A stretch of 64,000 bases of DNA from Bryobacterales bacterium (GCA_963722155.1 CAVRLR010000001.1:354292-418291); one strand, 5' to 3'. Positions 46,983 to 56,827 are shown, counted from the first letter of the stretch. The notes: generated from the letters alone by a model not told the origin. Numbers and translations are program-made.

Positions 46983-47243
46983 ATGCGCCAGGAAGCCGAA
47001 TTTTTTGCTGACATCGAGCTGGATCTTATCTACGTGGCCAAGAAGCTTCGCGAAGCCATCAAGATTGAAGCCCTGCTCACCGCCGCCGACGTTGATTATT
47101 TCGTCGAGCCGGATTCCTACGTTGGCGGTCTTCTGTTCCGGCGTGAACTGACGGGTGCTTTTTTCTACGTCCTCCCGGTTGACGTCGAACGTGCGCGCCA
47201 AATCCTCCTGGGCGAGCGCTACAAACCCTATCAAATCACCTAA
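46983..47243 (+). CDS. small hypothetical protein (86 aa)
   Basis: The ATG lies 2 nt after the GH3 stop. No confident domain, possibly DUF2007-like. Confidence 0.4.
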   Translation: MRQEAEFFADIELDLIYVAKKLREAIKIEALLTAADVDYFVEPDSYVGGLLFRRELTGAFFYVLPVDVERARQILLGERYKPYQIT

Positions 47244-48205
47244 GCGGTCGTCTCGGGCTTGCACATTCGTAGCTTTTCCGCCATTTCTTCCGGAGCGGTA
47301 TCGGCCAGGAAACTCCCATACCCGGTTTCTATCGTGGCCAAGTACTTCAATTTCGTCGCGCTGCGCTGCAGCGGCAAAAATTGCACATGAAAATGGTAGG
47401 GCGCTGCGGAATCCTGTAGCGGTCCCTGCTTTACGGCCATCATGAGCGGGAGCATAAAACCATATAAGTCGTCGTATTTGCGGCGAATCATACTGATGTT
47501 CCGCGCCAAACTTTGCCTCTCTTCGGTTGTCAGGTCGAGTAGCGTACGCAAATGGCGCCGCGCATACAGCGCTACTTCGGCTGGGAATCGGGCTGCGAAC
47601 GGCACAAACGCCACAAAATGCTCGTCGCCCGAAACGACGCGGGATTTCTGCGCGATCTCTTCTTCGAGCAGGCGACAAAAAAGACACTCACCGCGGTTTA
47701 TTTCCCCGTGCAGTCGTGCCGATTCGATTTCTTTCTCCACTATCGGAGCAATAAATGGAATCGCGTAAATTTGCCCGTGTGGATGCGGCATGGTGACACC
47801 CACAGCCTCTCCACAATTTTCGAAAACGCATACCATCGCAATCTCCGGATTCGCCGCATGCTCGGCCGTGCGCTTTGTCCAAACGTCGACTATCTTGCCC
47901 CAATTCTCGAGTGTTAATCGCGATGGAGGCAGCGTGTGCTCCGGTGAATACAGCACTACATCGCACGCGCCACGCGGTCCATTTTCCCCAAGCAACCCGG
48001 GCATCGTCTCAGGGACAAAGGGATCGGCCCCCGGCGAGAATCCTGGAAAGTCATTAGGATACAAATGCACGTCGTATGTGTCCGGGACTTTCCCTGATCC
48101 TGGATCGAATGGGCACCAATTCGCCGGCATCTGCGGGCGGTTCTGCCGATCCGTTGAAAAAACGACCCACTGCCGCAGCACGGCGTTCCATCGGAGCACA
48201 TGCAT
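47240..48205 (-). CDS. galT: galactose-1-phosphate uridylyltransferase family (HIT superfamily)
   Basis: The HPHGQIYA nucleophile motif is present. The N-terminal WCPFDPGSG sits where GalT usually has CPFC. Confidence 0.75.
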   Translation of the reverse strand: MHVLRWNAVLRQWVVFSTDRQNRPQMPANWCPFDPGSGKVPDTYDVHLYPNDFPGFSPGADPFVPETMPGLLGENGPRGACDVVLYSPEHTLPPSRLTLENWGKIVDVWTKRTAEHAANPEIAMVCVFENCGEAVGVTMPHPHGQIYAIPFIAPIVEKEIESARLHGEINRGECLFCRLLEEEIAQKSRVVSGDEHFVAFVPFAARFPAEVALYARRHLRTLLDLTTEERQSLARNISMIRRKYDDLYGFMLPLMMAVKQGPLQDSAAPYHFHVQFLPLQRSATKLKYLATIETGYGSFLADTAPEEMAEKLRMCKPETTA

Positions 48206-48211
48206 CGATGC

Positions 48212-49636
48212 TTACGGATTCCCCTGTTCCACGGGAAATAGGATCGTGTTGCTGGCATTTCCGGCTTGTGTCAAAAAGAGTTGCGCGATCTTGTTGTCGC
48301 CGGACACGGGCGGTACGATCACTCGAATCTCATAGACGCCGCGCGCTTCTTCGGGCAGTTTGGCGGAAACAACCTCTGCTCGTAATCCGTTCACCCAGGC
48401 GCTCACAGCATTCAGGACGTTTCCGTCTTCATCCACCGCACCGAGTCCCGTACCCCAAGCCGTGATCACTTCCCCAGCACGCGCCGGGGTTTCCGGCGTC
48501 ACCGGCACACCGTTCGATGCAGCCGCATCGGCATGCAGCAACAAACCGGGACGAGGCTCGCTTCCACCGAACGCGTACAAACCCGGGAATGCGCCGGCGA
48601 GTTTCACCGCCACGGCGTTCGAAATGCTTACATCGCCACTGGCATGCTGCGACCGTATATATAGGCTACCGGCTGTCGCATTTCCGAAGTCGTCGGGCGT
48701 TTGAATCTGGATCTCCTCCGGGCTGACCGACAGTACTGGCACAGATTCACCGTTTAGCACAACATTCACGCGCGAAGAATCGTTCTGGCCTGTCATTCGG
48801 ATCGTGGCCAAGCCTCCCGCGGCTAACGGAGTGGGCAGCAGACTGGCTGAATTTACTACAGCGTCGCTGGTGAGCGGCGTGTCGCCGGGCGTGAAAACCA
48901 GAATCCGCCGGTCGGCGGCGTCAGCAACATACAGGTTGGTCCCGTCCGAAGCCAGCGCACCAGGACTATGCAGAGTATTGGCACCCGGCACCTCGTTCGC
49001 TACGGCAGCGCTGAAATCAAGTTGCCCCAGTACAGCATCGGCCGGCTGATCGTCAGCGACCGGCAGGTTGTTCCACACCAACACGCGATGCAGAGCCGCA
49101 TCGCCGACAAACAGACGCTTCCCATCGAATGCCACTGATGTGGGGTCGACCAAAGTATTCGCGGAAATGGAAGCGGCGCTGCCGGGTCGGCCCAACACCA
49201 CGTCCGGCTTCGGCGAACTGGAATCGCGCCAGATCAGCACACGATGCTTCGGTGGGTCAGCCAGCACAACCGTTTTGCCATAGGTGGCAGCGACAGCCAC
49301 GCCGCGCATCACGGCTTGATTCGCAATGCTCACCGGAGTAAATCCGCAAACGCTGCAGGCCGATCCCTGCCCGTCATCCAGGTCGCCCTTTGGGTCAGGA
49401 ATTTTCGCGAGGTCGAAGCCCAAGGTCTTATTGCTCGCGTCCGCTGCATAGAGGCGTCCTTTAGACACAGCAAGCGCATGCGCAACAAGACCCGCGTCGC
49501 GCGCGGAAAACGAGGGTTGCCCAATCACCGCGCGAGCCGCTTGCCCGCTTTGAAATTCCGCCGCGGATGCCGCGGATATAGATGTAACGAGTGCCGCCAG
49601 CAAGGCGGCCGATCGGCGCATCATCCTAAAGTCCAA
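48212..49636 (-). CDS. secreted beta-propeller (NHL-like) protein with a TIGR03437-like C-terminal domain
   Basis: Signal peptide AALLAALVTSISAASA. Repeated LYVAD / LFVGD-type blades. The C-terminal part reads FPGLYAF...GEVITAWGTGLG...GVYEIRVIVPP. Confidence 0.6.
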   Translation of the reverse strand: MDFRMMRRSAALLAALVTSISAASAAEFQSGQAARAVIGQPSFSARDAGLVAHALAVSKGRLYAADASNKTLGFDLAKIPDPKGDLDDGQGSACSVCGFTPVSIANQAVMRGVAVAATYGKTVVLADPPKHRVLIWRDSSSPKPDVVLGRPGSAASISANTLVDPTSVAFDGKRLFVGDAALHRVLVWNNLPVADDQPADAVLGQLDFSAAVANEVPGANTLHSPGALASDGTNLYVADAADRRILVFTPGDTPLTSDAVVNSASLLPTPLAAGGLATIRMTGQNDSSRVNVVLNGESVPVLSVSPEEIQIQTPDDFGNATAGSLYIRSQHASGDVSISNAVAVKLAGAFPGLYAFGGSEPRPGLLLHADAAASNGVPVTPETPARAGEVITAWGTGLGAVDEDGNVLNAVSAWVNGLRAEVVSAKLPEEARGVYEIRVIVPPVSGDNKIAQLFLTQAGNASNTILFPVEQGNP

Positions 49637-49644
49637 CTATTAGA

Positions 49645-50043
49645 CTACTTCTTCTTGCGTTTGTAAGTGGCGGCCACGCGCGTCGCGATGCCGCCGCGCG
49701 CCGCAAAATCGCCTTCCACCATCGCCTCCACCGGGTCGGCGGCTTTCACCACGTCCGCCAAAAAGCGATTCACAGCATTTTCTTGGAAGATACCTAGATT
49801 ACGGTACGCCAGCATATACATCTTTAGGGACTTCAGTTCCAGACAGCGTTTGAGCGGCGTGTAGACCAGGCGCAACGTGCCGTGATCTGGCAAACCGGTT
49901 TTCGGACAAACTGAAGTGAACTCTGGCATCACAATTTCGATTTCATAGCCGGGATATTGGTTCGGCCAGGTCTCTATTTCCGGAAGCTGCGCACGGACGC
50001 CCGCCTCCGCATGCTCGTCCGTATATTGCTTTGCCTTTTTCAT
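49645..50043 (-). CDS. queF: NADPH-dependent 7-cyano-7-deazaguanine reductase
   Basis: EFTSVCPKTGLPDHGTL is the QueF motif, and the 132-aa length fits the type I enzyme. Confidence 0.9.
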   Translation of the reverse strand: MKKAKQYTDEHAEAGVRAQLPEIETWPNQYPGYEIEIVMPEFTSVCPKTGLPDHGTLRLVYTPLKRCLELKSLKMYMLAYRNLGIFQENAVNRFLADVVKAADPVEAMVEGDFAARGGIATRVAATYKRKKK

Positions 50044-51293
50044 TCAGCTTGCAGCTTGCTGGAAAGCAAGCCGAGAAACAATCCGACATCCGTCACCACG
50101 CCCACGGCCTGCCCGGTCCCCCGGTCGCTCACCTTCGTCGGAACCGCTGGATTAATATCCACGCAGACAATCTTGACCCAGGCCGGCAGCATGTTCCCGA
50201 CCGCAATCGAGTGCAGCATCGAACTCAGACACAGCACCACGCCCGCATCATGTAACTGGGCCGCGTACGCATCCTGTGCCTCATTCATGTCTGTGATCAC
50301 ACCGGGTAGCGGCCCGTCGTCGCGGAGGCTCCCAGCCAACACGAACGGTATGCCCGCGCGCACACATTCATACATCACGCCTTTGCGAAGGATGCCTTTC
50401 TCAACGGCCTCTTTAATGCCGCCGGCACGATTGATAGCATTGATAGCCCGCATGTGATTACGATGGCCGTGCTGCTCTAACCGTCCGTCGGACGCACGAA
50501 CACCCAACGAAGTACCAAGTAAAGCAGCTTCGATATCGTGCACCGCGAGTGCGTTTCCTGCCAGCACTACATCGATCCAGCCATCGCGTATCAAGCGGGA
50601 AAGCGCTTCTCCCCCGCCTGTGTGCACCACCACCGGCCCAGCCACTGCGACAATCTTCTTGCCATCGCGCCGGACCTGTCGCACGATCGCAGCCGTTTGC
50701 TCCACGGCCGTCTCGACCTGGCGCTCGGAGGAAATATCATTGCTCATGAACGCGAAGGCAAAACGGTCGCGCTCTTTCGCCTCCGGCACGACGCGGATAC
50801 CCTTCATCCCAACCACGATCGAGTCCCCGGCCTTCACATCACGCAAGCGCCGGCAGCGAGCGCCATCGGCGTCGACCACAATCATCGCGTCCATTCGCTG
50901 GTTCGCCACCTCGAGCCATTGCCCGTTGTGCCGCACCAGTGTGCGCTGGTTCGTTGTGGAGTAGAAATCATCCGGCGCGCAGCGATCGCACTGCGCTGCC
51001 TTCAGCTCCGCATCGCCCGAATCCACCGCCGCGCAGCCCAGACCGAGCAGTAGCGTCATCATCTGCTCCAACTGCTTCTGCGACGGCGCCTCAATCTTCA
51101 GCCGCAATCTTGATGGTTCACTGTTGGTGCGACCGATGGAGAACTGCTCGACTTCGAAGCGGCCTCCAAATTCGACCACTGCGTCGAAGATCCGCTCCAT
51201 GATGTGAGAGTCGATGAGGTGACCCTGCGCTTCGACCACTTCCGATAGGGGCAATTCCACCGGCGTCGCCTGACGATTCATGCGCTCAGGCAT
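50040..51293 (-). CDS. TIGR00300 / LOR-SDH-like family protein (ornithine cyclodeaminase-like in some archaea)
   Basis: 417 aa. GHLIDSHIMERIFDAVVEFGGRFEV and VAVAGPVVVHTGG...VLAGNALAVHD match the family as I remember it. An alternative start is the ATG at 51281. Confidence 0.65.
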   Translation of the reverse strand: MPERMNRQATPVELPLSEVVEAQGHLIDSHIMERIFDAVVEFGGRFEVEQFSIGRTNSEPSRLRLKIEAPSQKQLEQMMTLLLGLGCAAVDSGDAELKAAQCDRCAPDDFYSTTNQRTLVRHNGQWLEVANQRMDAMIVVDADGARCRRLRDVKAGDSIVVGMKGIRVVPEAKERDRFAFAFMSNDISSERQVETAVEQTAAIVRQVRRDGKKIVAVAGPVVVHTGGGEALSRLIRDGWIDVVLAGNALAVHDIEAALLGTSLGVRASDGRLEQHGHRNHMRAINAINRAGGIKEAVEKGILRKGVMYECVRAGIPFVLAGSLRDDGPLPGVITDMNEAQDAYAAQLHDAGVVLCLSSMLHSIAVGNMLPAWVKIVCVDINPAVPTKVSDRGTGQAVGVVTDVGLFLGLLSSKLQAE

Positions 51294-52470
51294 GCGTCAA
51301 AAACACAGGCAACGTTTCCTTGTTCGTATAACTAGGCCGATATCGTTCCGTATTGAACATGTTGCCGATATCTACCTTGCGCGGGCCCAACGCCGGATCC
51401 GGAATCTTCACCATGGCAAATTTGCCTTCGTTAATAGCCGCCATGAAGCCGTGCCTGCCCGACGTGATCGCGTCGTACGCCATGGTGCCGAACGTGGTTG
51501 CAACCATGGTGTCCAGGAAATCCGGAGCGCCGCTCCGCAAGTCGTACGTCAAATCGCTCACCACGGTCTCGGCGCCTTTACGCTGAATAATCTGATCGCT
51601 AAATGCTTCCGCTACGCTGAACTTCTTACGATGTCCAAACGCATCGGGCTCGCCATACTCTTTCACCTGGTAACCCTTCCACTTCGCGCCTTCTGACAAA
51701 ATCAGCAGCGCGTAGTTGCTGGGATTATTCTTTTTGTCCGTCATGATCAGATCGATCATGCGGTCCAGATCGAACTCGTACTCGGGAATGCCGCAACGTA
51801 TCGACGTAGCGTAGGCCGTATAGAGCGCCGTGTATCCGGCGTCCCGTCCAAAGACCCGGAAAATTCCAATACGCTCGTGCGAGCCAACCGTTGTCCGCTG
51901 GCGCTGGATCGCATCCATCGCGCGCGAGATCGCCGTTGAAAACCCGATACAGTATTCCGTGTTCCGGACATCGTTGTCCATTGTTTTCGGAATGCCGATC
52001 ACATTGAAATTCTGTTTGTCGAGCACAGCGGCGTAGCTGAGCGTATCGTCTCCGCCGATCGCGACCAGGGAATCGAGTTGCAGTTTCTCCAAGTTCGACA
52101 AAACCCGCTTGGTCATGTCGTAGGTGGTCGTCGTTTCACCGTTCTTCGTCGTCTGCCCTGATGGAAAATCCGCCGGATTCACAAAAGCCGGAAGCTTTTT
52201 CATCTTCGACGGGTTCGTGCGGCTCGTATGCAGAAAAGTTCCGCCCGTCCGATCGATCCGCCGCGTATTCTCGCGCGTGAGCGGCAACACATAGCGTTTC
52301 ACGCTCTCCGGATCGTCAAAATTCAGATCCGTGAGGCCCTTCCATCCCAAGCGAATTCCAGTTACTTCGTGGTCATCCGACGTGGCCCGATATACCACGT
52401 TCTTGATCACGGCGTTTAGACCTGGGACGTCTCCGCCACCGGTCAAAATGCCGATTCGTTTGCCTGCCAT
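51286..52470 (-). CDS. phosphofructokinase with pyrophosphate-dependent signature residues
   Basis: ILTGGGDVPGLN, IGGDDTLSYA (Asp where ATP-PFKs have Gly) and PKTMDND (Lys where ATP-PFKs have Gly). Confidence 0.85.
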   Translation of the reverse strand: MAGKRIGILTGGGDVPGLNAVIKNVVYRATSDDHEVTGIRLGWKGLTDLNFDDPESVKRYVLPLTRENTRRIDRTGGTFLHTSRTNPSKMKKLPAFVNPADFPSGQTTKNGETTTTYDMTKRVLSNLEKLQLDSLVAIGGDDTLSYAAVLDKQNFNVIGIPKTMDNDVRNTEYCIGFSTAISRAMDAIQRQRTTVGSHERIGIFRVFGRDAGYTALYTAYATSIRCGIPEYEFDLDRMIDLIMTDKKNNPSNYALLILSEGAKWKGYQVKEYGEPDAFGHRKKFSVAEAFSDQIIQRKGAETVVSDLTYDLRSGAPDFLDTMVATTFGTMAYDAITSGRHGFMAAINEGKFAMVKIPDPALGPRKVDIGNMFNTERYRPSYTNKETLPVFLTHA

Positions 52471-52511
52471 GACTCTCCCGTCTCGACTATTTTAGCGAGA
52501 GAGGAATTAGC

Positions 52512-53471
52512 CTACACCCACCAGGCGGCGGCGGGTTGTTCACGAATCATGATCTGGTTAAGAAATTCGGCCGCTTTGGTAAGCCCCTCGTCCGCCGACA
52601 TCAGCGAATCCTCATGCTCGATAGAAAGCACGTAATCGTAGCCATACATCCGGAGTGTCGAAATGAATTCTTTCCACCAGCCGTATGGATGGCCGTATCC
52701 GCAAGTGCGGAAGATCCAGCCGCGGTTGCGCTCGTCGGTGTATTTCTTGGTGTCGAGGACGCCTGTCTTGGGCAGATTGTAATCGTAGATCTGTGTGTCT
52801 TTCGCATGCACGTGAAAAATCGCGTCGCCCAAAACGCGTACAGCCTTAATCGGATCGATTCCCTGCCAGAACATGTGGCTCGGGTCGTAATTGCATCCCA
52901 CGCTTGAACCTGCAATCGAGCGCAGCTTCAGCATCGTCTCCGGACTGTAAACGACGAAGCCGGGATGCATCTCAATCGCGACCTTGACTCCGTGATCCTT
53001 GGCAAATTTCCCGTGCTTCTCCCAAAAAGGAGCAACCTTTTTTTCCCACTGCCAGTCGAGCATCTCGAGATACTCGGGAGGCCAAGGACAAGTCACCCAA
53101 TTCGGATACTTCGCATTCTCTGAATCGCCGGGGCAGCCTGAAAAATCGATGACTACCGGCACGCCTAGCTTCCCAGCCAGTTCGATGGTTCGTTTGCTGG
53201 TCTCCACATAATTCTTGGCGACCGACTTGTTGGGATGGAGTGGGTTGCCATGGCAGCTCAAGGCACTAATCGAAAATCCTTGGTCGTCCAGCTTCTTTTT
53301 GAACTCTTTCAGCTCTTTCTGATTTCGCGCCATCGACAATTTACAGTGGGGATCGCCAGGATAGTTACCCGTGCCAAGCTCAACTGTCGAGATATTGAGC
53401 TTCTTCAACTTCTCCAGAACTTTCTCTAGAGGAAATTGCGACAGTAACGCAGTAAAACAGCCTACTCTCAT
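52512..53471 (-). CDS. sugar phosphate isomerase / epimerase (xylose-isomerase-like TIM barrel)
   Basis: The start is taken at the ATG at 53471 (MRVGCFTALL), which gives an ATGA overlap with the upstream gene. VAIEMHPG and LSIEHED are family-typical. Confidence 0.8.
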   Translation of the reverse strand: MRVGCFTALLSQFPLEKVLEKLKKLNISTVELGTGNYPGDPHCKLSMARNQKELKEFKKKLDDQGFSISALSCHGNPLHPNKSVAKNYVETSKRTIELAGKLGVPVVIDFSGCPGDSENAKYPNWVTCPWPPEYLEMLDWQWEKKVAPFWEKHGKFAKDHGVKVAIEMHPGFVVYSPETMLKLRSIAGSSVGCNYDPSHMFWQGIDPIKAVRVLGDAIFHVHAKDTQIYDYNLPKTGVLDTKKYTDERNRGWIFRTCGYGHPYGWWKEFISTLRMYGYDYVLSIEHEDSLMSADEGLTKAAEFLNQIMIREQPAAAWWV

Positions 53472-54025
53472 GAGCGAAAGCGTATCACAAGCCATGAGGC
53501 TGCTATCAGAAAACCAGCCGCCGCTTTGTACTCCTCGTTTCGCCAGTATCGCTTCCATGAAAATCGCGCCGGCTGCCCTTGCCATTTCGCAACGGGAAGA
53601 AAACGCCCTACCCGCTCCGCATACATCGCATACTCAGGGAAAATGGCCCGCAAGTGCTGTTCTTCGAGTTCAATCGCGGGCAGATAGACGACTAAGAAGA
53701 CGACGGCGAACAGCACGCCCAACCAGACAGAACGTGCCGCGATCACCATACCTAGCGCGGCAATCAGCGTTCCGGCATATAGCGGATTACGCATATATGC
53801 ATATGGTCCCGATATCGCAAGCTGCTCGTTCTTGGCTAAATGCCCCGCCGCCCATCCGCGTAACCACAATCCTGCAACCGCGATGGACAAACCCTCGATA
53901 AGTGACGCGCGCGTTGGTGTCGGCAGCCATGCGAACACCACGAGTAATAAAAAACCGCTCGCCACCCGGAAGCGCTGCACGAAATCGGAATATCGCTTGG
54001 GGAACAGATAATGCGGTTCGCTCAC
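53468..54025 (-). CDS. isoprenylcysteine carboxyl / phospholipid methyltransferase family membrane protein
   Basis: GPYAYMRNPLYAGTLIAALG with several TM segments. Confidence 0.75.
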   Translation of the reverse strand: MSEPHYLFPKRYSDFVQRFRVASGFLLLVVFAWLPTPTRASLIEGLSIAVAGLWLRGWAAGHLAKNEQLAISGPYAYMRNPLYAGTLIAALGMVIAARSVWLGVLFAVVFLVVYLPAIELEEQHLRAIFPEYAMYAERVGRFLPVAKWQGQPARFSWKRYWRNEEYKAAAGFLIAASWLVIRFRS

Positions 54026-54975
54026 GAAGGGCTCACCACGATCGATCGAAGAAGTTCCTCCGCCACACGCTCTGCCGGAATCTTCGCCATGCTCTCAGCC
54101 ACTTCTGCATGACGCTTGTAGGTCGTTTGCGCGTCCGGTGCACGCAGTACCGCTATGCGGCTCTTGAACGGGCCGTTCTGAACTGGATCGGTAGGACCAA
54201 ACAATGCCACTCCCGGCTTGCCCAATGCCGACGCCAGATGCAGCGGCCCGCTGTCTACTCCTACAATCCCTATCGCTCGCCGAGTCGCGTCGATCAAGCC
54301 GCTTATGGAAGATGTATGCACGCGCAAATGCGCAAAGTCTCCGAGCTCGAGTTCACACCCAGCCGGCACGTTCGTCACGAGTTCCAATCCTTGCGCGCGA
54401 AGCCGCTTTCCTAATTCTTCGTAGCGCGCTAGCGGCCACTGTTTGCCAACCCAACCAGCAAGCGGACTCGTCAATATGAAAGGTCCTGCGGGCAACGTTC
54501 CTTCGGATCGTCCGGGCGGAAGCCAGGAGTCTTCGGTCAGCAGCCTCGCACCCGCCGCCTCAGCCAACTGGAGGTTCCTCTCGACGCGATGCGGGCCTCT
54601 GGCTTCAATCTTCCTGGTGTAGAACAGAGCGGCCAACGGTTCTCGCGCCAGCGAACTCGACAGCCCGAAGTAGACTTCAGGTCTGGCCGATCGGCCTGCC
54701 AGCGCGGATTGAATCAACCCCTGGAAATCGATCGCGATCTCTGGCCGAATGGCCCGCAAGCGCCGCCACGTTTTCGCAAACGCTGCGGGGCCTTCGCGGT
54801 CGAATGGAACCAGTTCATCAATATTTGGGTTTCCCTCCAGCAGTTCCATCCATTTGCGCGCCACCACCCAAAAAATGCGTTTCTCCGGAAAGCTCTTTTT
54901 GAGACTTGCCACGGCTGGCAGCGCGTGCAAAATATCGCCCATCGCCCCAAGGCGTACGGCCAGAATCGAATTCAT
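54022..54975 (-). CDS. glycosyltransferase family 9 (LPS heptosyltransferase, WaaC-like)
   Basis: ILAVRLGAMGDILHALPAVASLK ... VGVDSGPLHLASALG. Confidence 0.8.
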   Translation of the reverse strand: MNSILAVRLGAMGDILHALPAVASLKKSFPEKRIFWVVARKWMELLEGNPNIDELVPFDREGPAAFAKTWRRLRAIRPEIAIDFQGLIQSALAGRSARPEVYFGLSSSLAREPLAALFYTRKIEARGPHRVERNLQLAEAAGARLLTEDSWLPPGRSEGTLPAGPFILTSPLAGWVGKQWPLARYEELGKRLRAQGLELVTNVPAGCELELGDFAHLRVHTSSISGLIDATRRAIGIVGVDSGPLHLASALGKPGVALFGPTDPVQNGPFKSRIAVLRAPDAQTTYKRHAEVAESMAKIPAERVAEELLRSIVVSPS

Positions 54976-55346
54976 CCCTGGCTCTGCCGATTAGATAGGC
55001 CCTGTCGCTCGAAAACGAACTTGACAAATTCCTCCGAACGGGCCGGATCCTCAAATGCTTTGGTTTGCCCGAGTGCCTGGCGCCATTCTTCGCGGCGCGC
55101 GATCGAAACGAGCCGAACTCGCCGCAAGCCGGCAATGAGCGCCGCTCGCGCCTCCGCTGTCAGTAGTGTGCCGGGTTCATCCAACACGATCGCCGCCAGT
55201 TCACTGTCGCCATTGCCCATTTCCGTCAGACGTTGCGCTGCCTCTGCCGTCAATGGGTCGAATAGTCCTGCTACCGCTCGCCATTCGCCCGAGGCCATCC
55301 GACGGCACAGCTCTTCCAATGGCACAATCTTTTCCCGCGTATCCAC
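54972..55346 (-). CDS. small cytidylyltransferase-fold-like protein lacking the HxGH motif
   Basis: 124 aa. VAGLFDPLTAEAAQRL...LAAIVLDEP aligns by eye with HldC / RfaE-II (TNGCYDILHPGHIRLL...LILALNTD; compare 61036-61527). Here HPGH is replaced by TAEA. Confidence 0.45.
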   Translation of the reverse strand: MDTREKIVPLEELCRRMASGEWRAVAGLFDPLTAEAAQRLTEMGNGDSELAAIVLDEPGTLLTAEARAALIAGLRRVRLVSIARREEWRQALGQTKAFEDPARSEEFVKFVFERQGLSNRQSQG

Positions 55347-56402
55347 TTATCTGTTGGCTCTCTCTATTCCTACCAAGTTAAGCGCGGCCTGCGCCACGCG
55401 CTCCGCAGTCACTCGCGTCATACAGCGATGATCGATCGGGCACTCGCGCAACAAGCATGGGCTGCACTCAACCGGCTCGCGTATAACACGGCTGCGCTCA
55501 CCGGTAGGACCGGTGGCTTCTTCATCCGTCGCCCCAAAGACGACCACCGTAGGCACCCCTAAAGCAGACACAATGTGCATCGGCCCCGAGTCGTTCGTCA
55601 GAAACACGTCGCAGGCCGCCGCCATCTCAATAAATTCGCCCAGCGCGGTCGAGCCGGCCAGGCTCACACACTGCACGCTGGCAGACTCGATTCGCGCGCG
55701 TACCATCTCGCAAATGTCGGTTTCCTCTAGGGACCCGAATACTGCAACGGAGGCGCCGCGGTCCCTCGCCACCTGGATCGCAGCCTCCGCAAAGCGCTCC
55801 GGCAACCAGCGCTTCGCGCCACCGTAGGCCGCGCCGGGGCTGACACCAACAATACGCCGCAAACCAAAAATTCGTTGCAAGCGTTCGCGCCCCACCGCGG
55901 CAGCCGCGGCCGCGCCGTGCAATCGAATCGCTCCATGGAGCGGATAATCGTCAATCAGCCGCGCGCGCTTCAACAATTCGAGATAGTAAAACCGTTGGTG
56001 TCGCGGCGTCTCACCGTTCAACGGCGCCGGAATGGGATGAGTCAACAGCCATCCTCTCCCGTCCCGCGCATAGCCGATTCGCACCGGGACACCGGCCCAG
56101 CGCACAAGCGCCGCCGCCTCGAACGCATTCTGCAATAGGATAGCCGCGTCGAATCGCCGTCCACGCAGCCCATTGGCAGTCCTGCGCTTCTCGCCAATTC
56201 CTGTCCAGCCGCGCGGCGCATCGTAAGGAATCAGTTCGTCGCAAAACGGTTCCCGTCCGTACAGACCCGCCACCCATGGTCGCGCCAATATCGAAATTCG
56301 GGCATCCGGATAGCGTTTCCGCAGCGCCTGCAACGCCGGTATGGACAAGACTGCGTCGCCCACCCAGTTTGTTGCGCGAACTAATATGCGCCGGTATTCC
56401 AT
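55347..56402 (-). CDS. glycosyltransferase family 9 (LPS heptosyltransferase, WaaF-like)
   Basis: ILVRATNWVGDAVLSIPALQALR ... TNDSGPMHIVSALG. Confidence 0.85.
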   Translation of the reverse strand: MEYRRILVRATNWVGDAVLSIPALQALRKRYPDARISILARPWVAGLYGREPFCDELIPYDAPRGWTGIGEKRRTANGLRGRRFDAAILLQNAFEAAALVRWAGVPVRIGYARDGRGWLLTHPIPAPLNGETPRHQRFYYLELLKRARLIDDYPLHGAIRLHGAAAAAAVGRERLQRIFGLRRIVGVSPGAAYGGAKRWLPERFAEAAIQVARDRGASVAVFGSLEETDICEMVRARIESASVQCVSLAGSTALGEFIEMAAACDVFLTNDSGPMHIVSALGVPTVVVFGATDEEATGPTGERSRVIREPVECSPCLLRECPIDHRCMTRVTAERVAQAALNLVGIERANR

Positions 56403-56481
56403 CCTTCTCTACATGAATTCTAAATTGGCGCGTTTTCTGTTATCCTATAGGTCGACAATCGACTAGAAGGAGGACGGCCAT

Positions 56482-56814
56482 TTGGATCTTCTTCAAGGCA
56501 CCCTCGACCTGCTCGTTCTACAGACTCTGGCGTCCGGCCGAGCCCATGGCCACGCCATCGCGCAGTCCATTGAACAGCGGTCGAAAGAAATTCTGCAGGT
56601 CGGGCACGGCTCTCTCTATCCGGCATTGCAGCGGCTGCTGAGGCAAGGGCTCATCGTCGCCGAAGACGGACAGTCCGACAACAACCGCAGAGCCAGATTC
56701 TACCGGCTCACGCCGAGAGGCCGACGGCAGCTTTTCCTCGAAACGTCGAAATGGCAGCAGTTCTCGACCGCCATCGGCTACATACTCGCGCCGCCGGCCG
56801 ACGAAACCAACTGA
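56482..56814 (+). CDS. PadR-family transcriptional regulator
   Basis: LDLLVLQTL...HGHAI...[16 protein letters not shown]...YRLTPRG. TTG start. Confidence 0.9.
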   Translation: MDLLQGTLDLLVLQTLASGRAHGHAIAQSIEQRSKEILQVGHGSLYPALQRLLRQGLIVAEDGQSDNNRRARFYRLTPRGRRQLFLETSKWQQFSTAIGYILAPPADETN

Positions 56815-56827
56815 AAGGAATCTGGCT

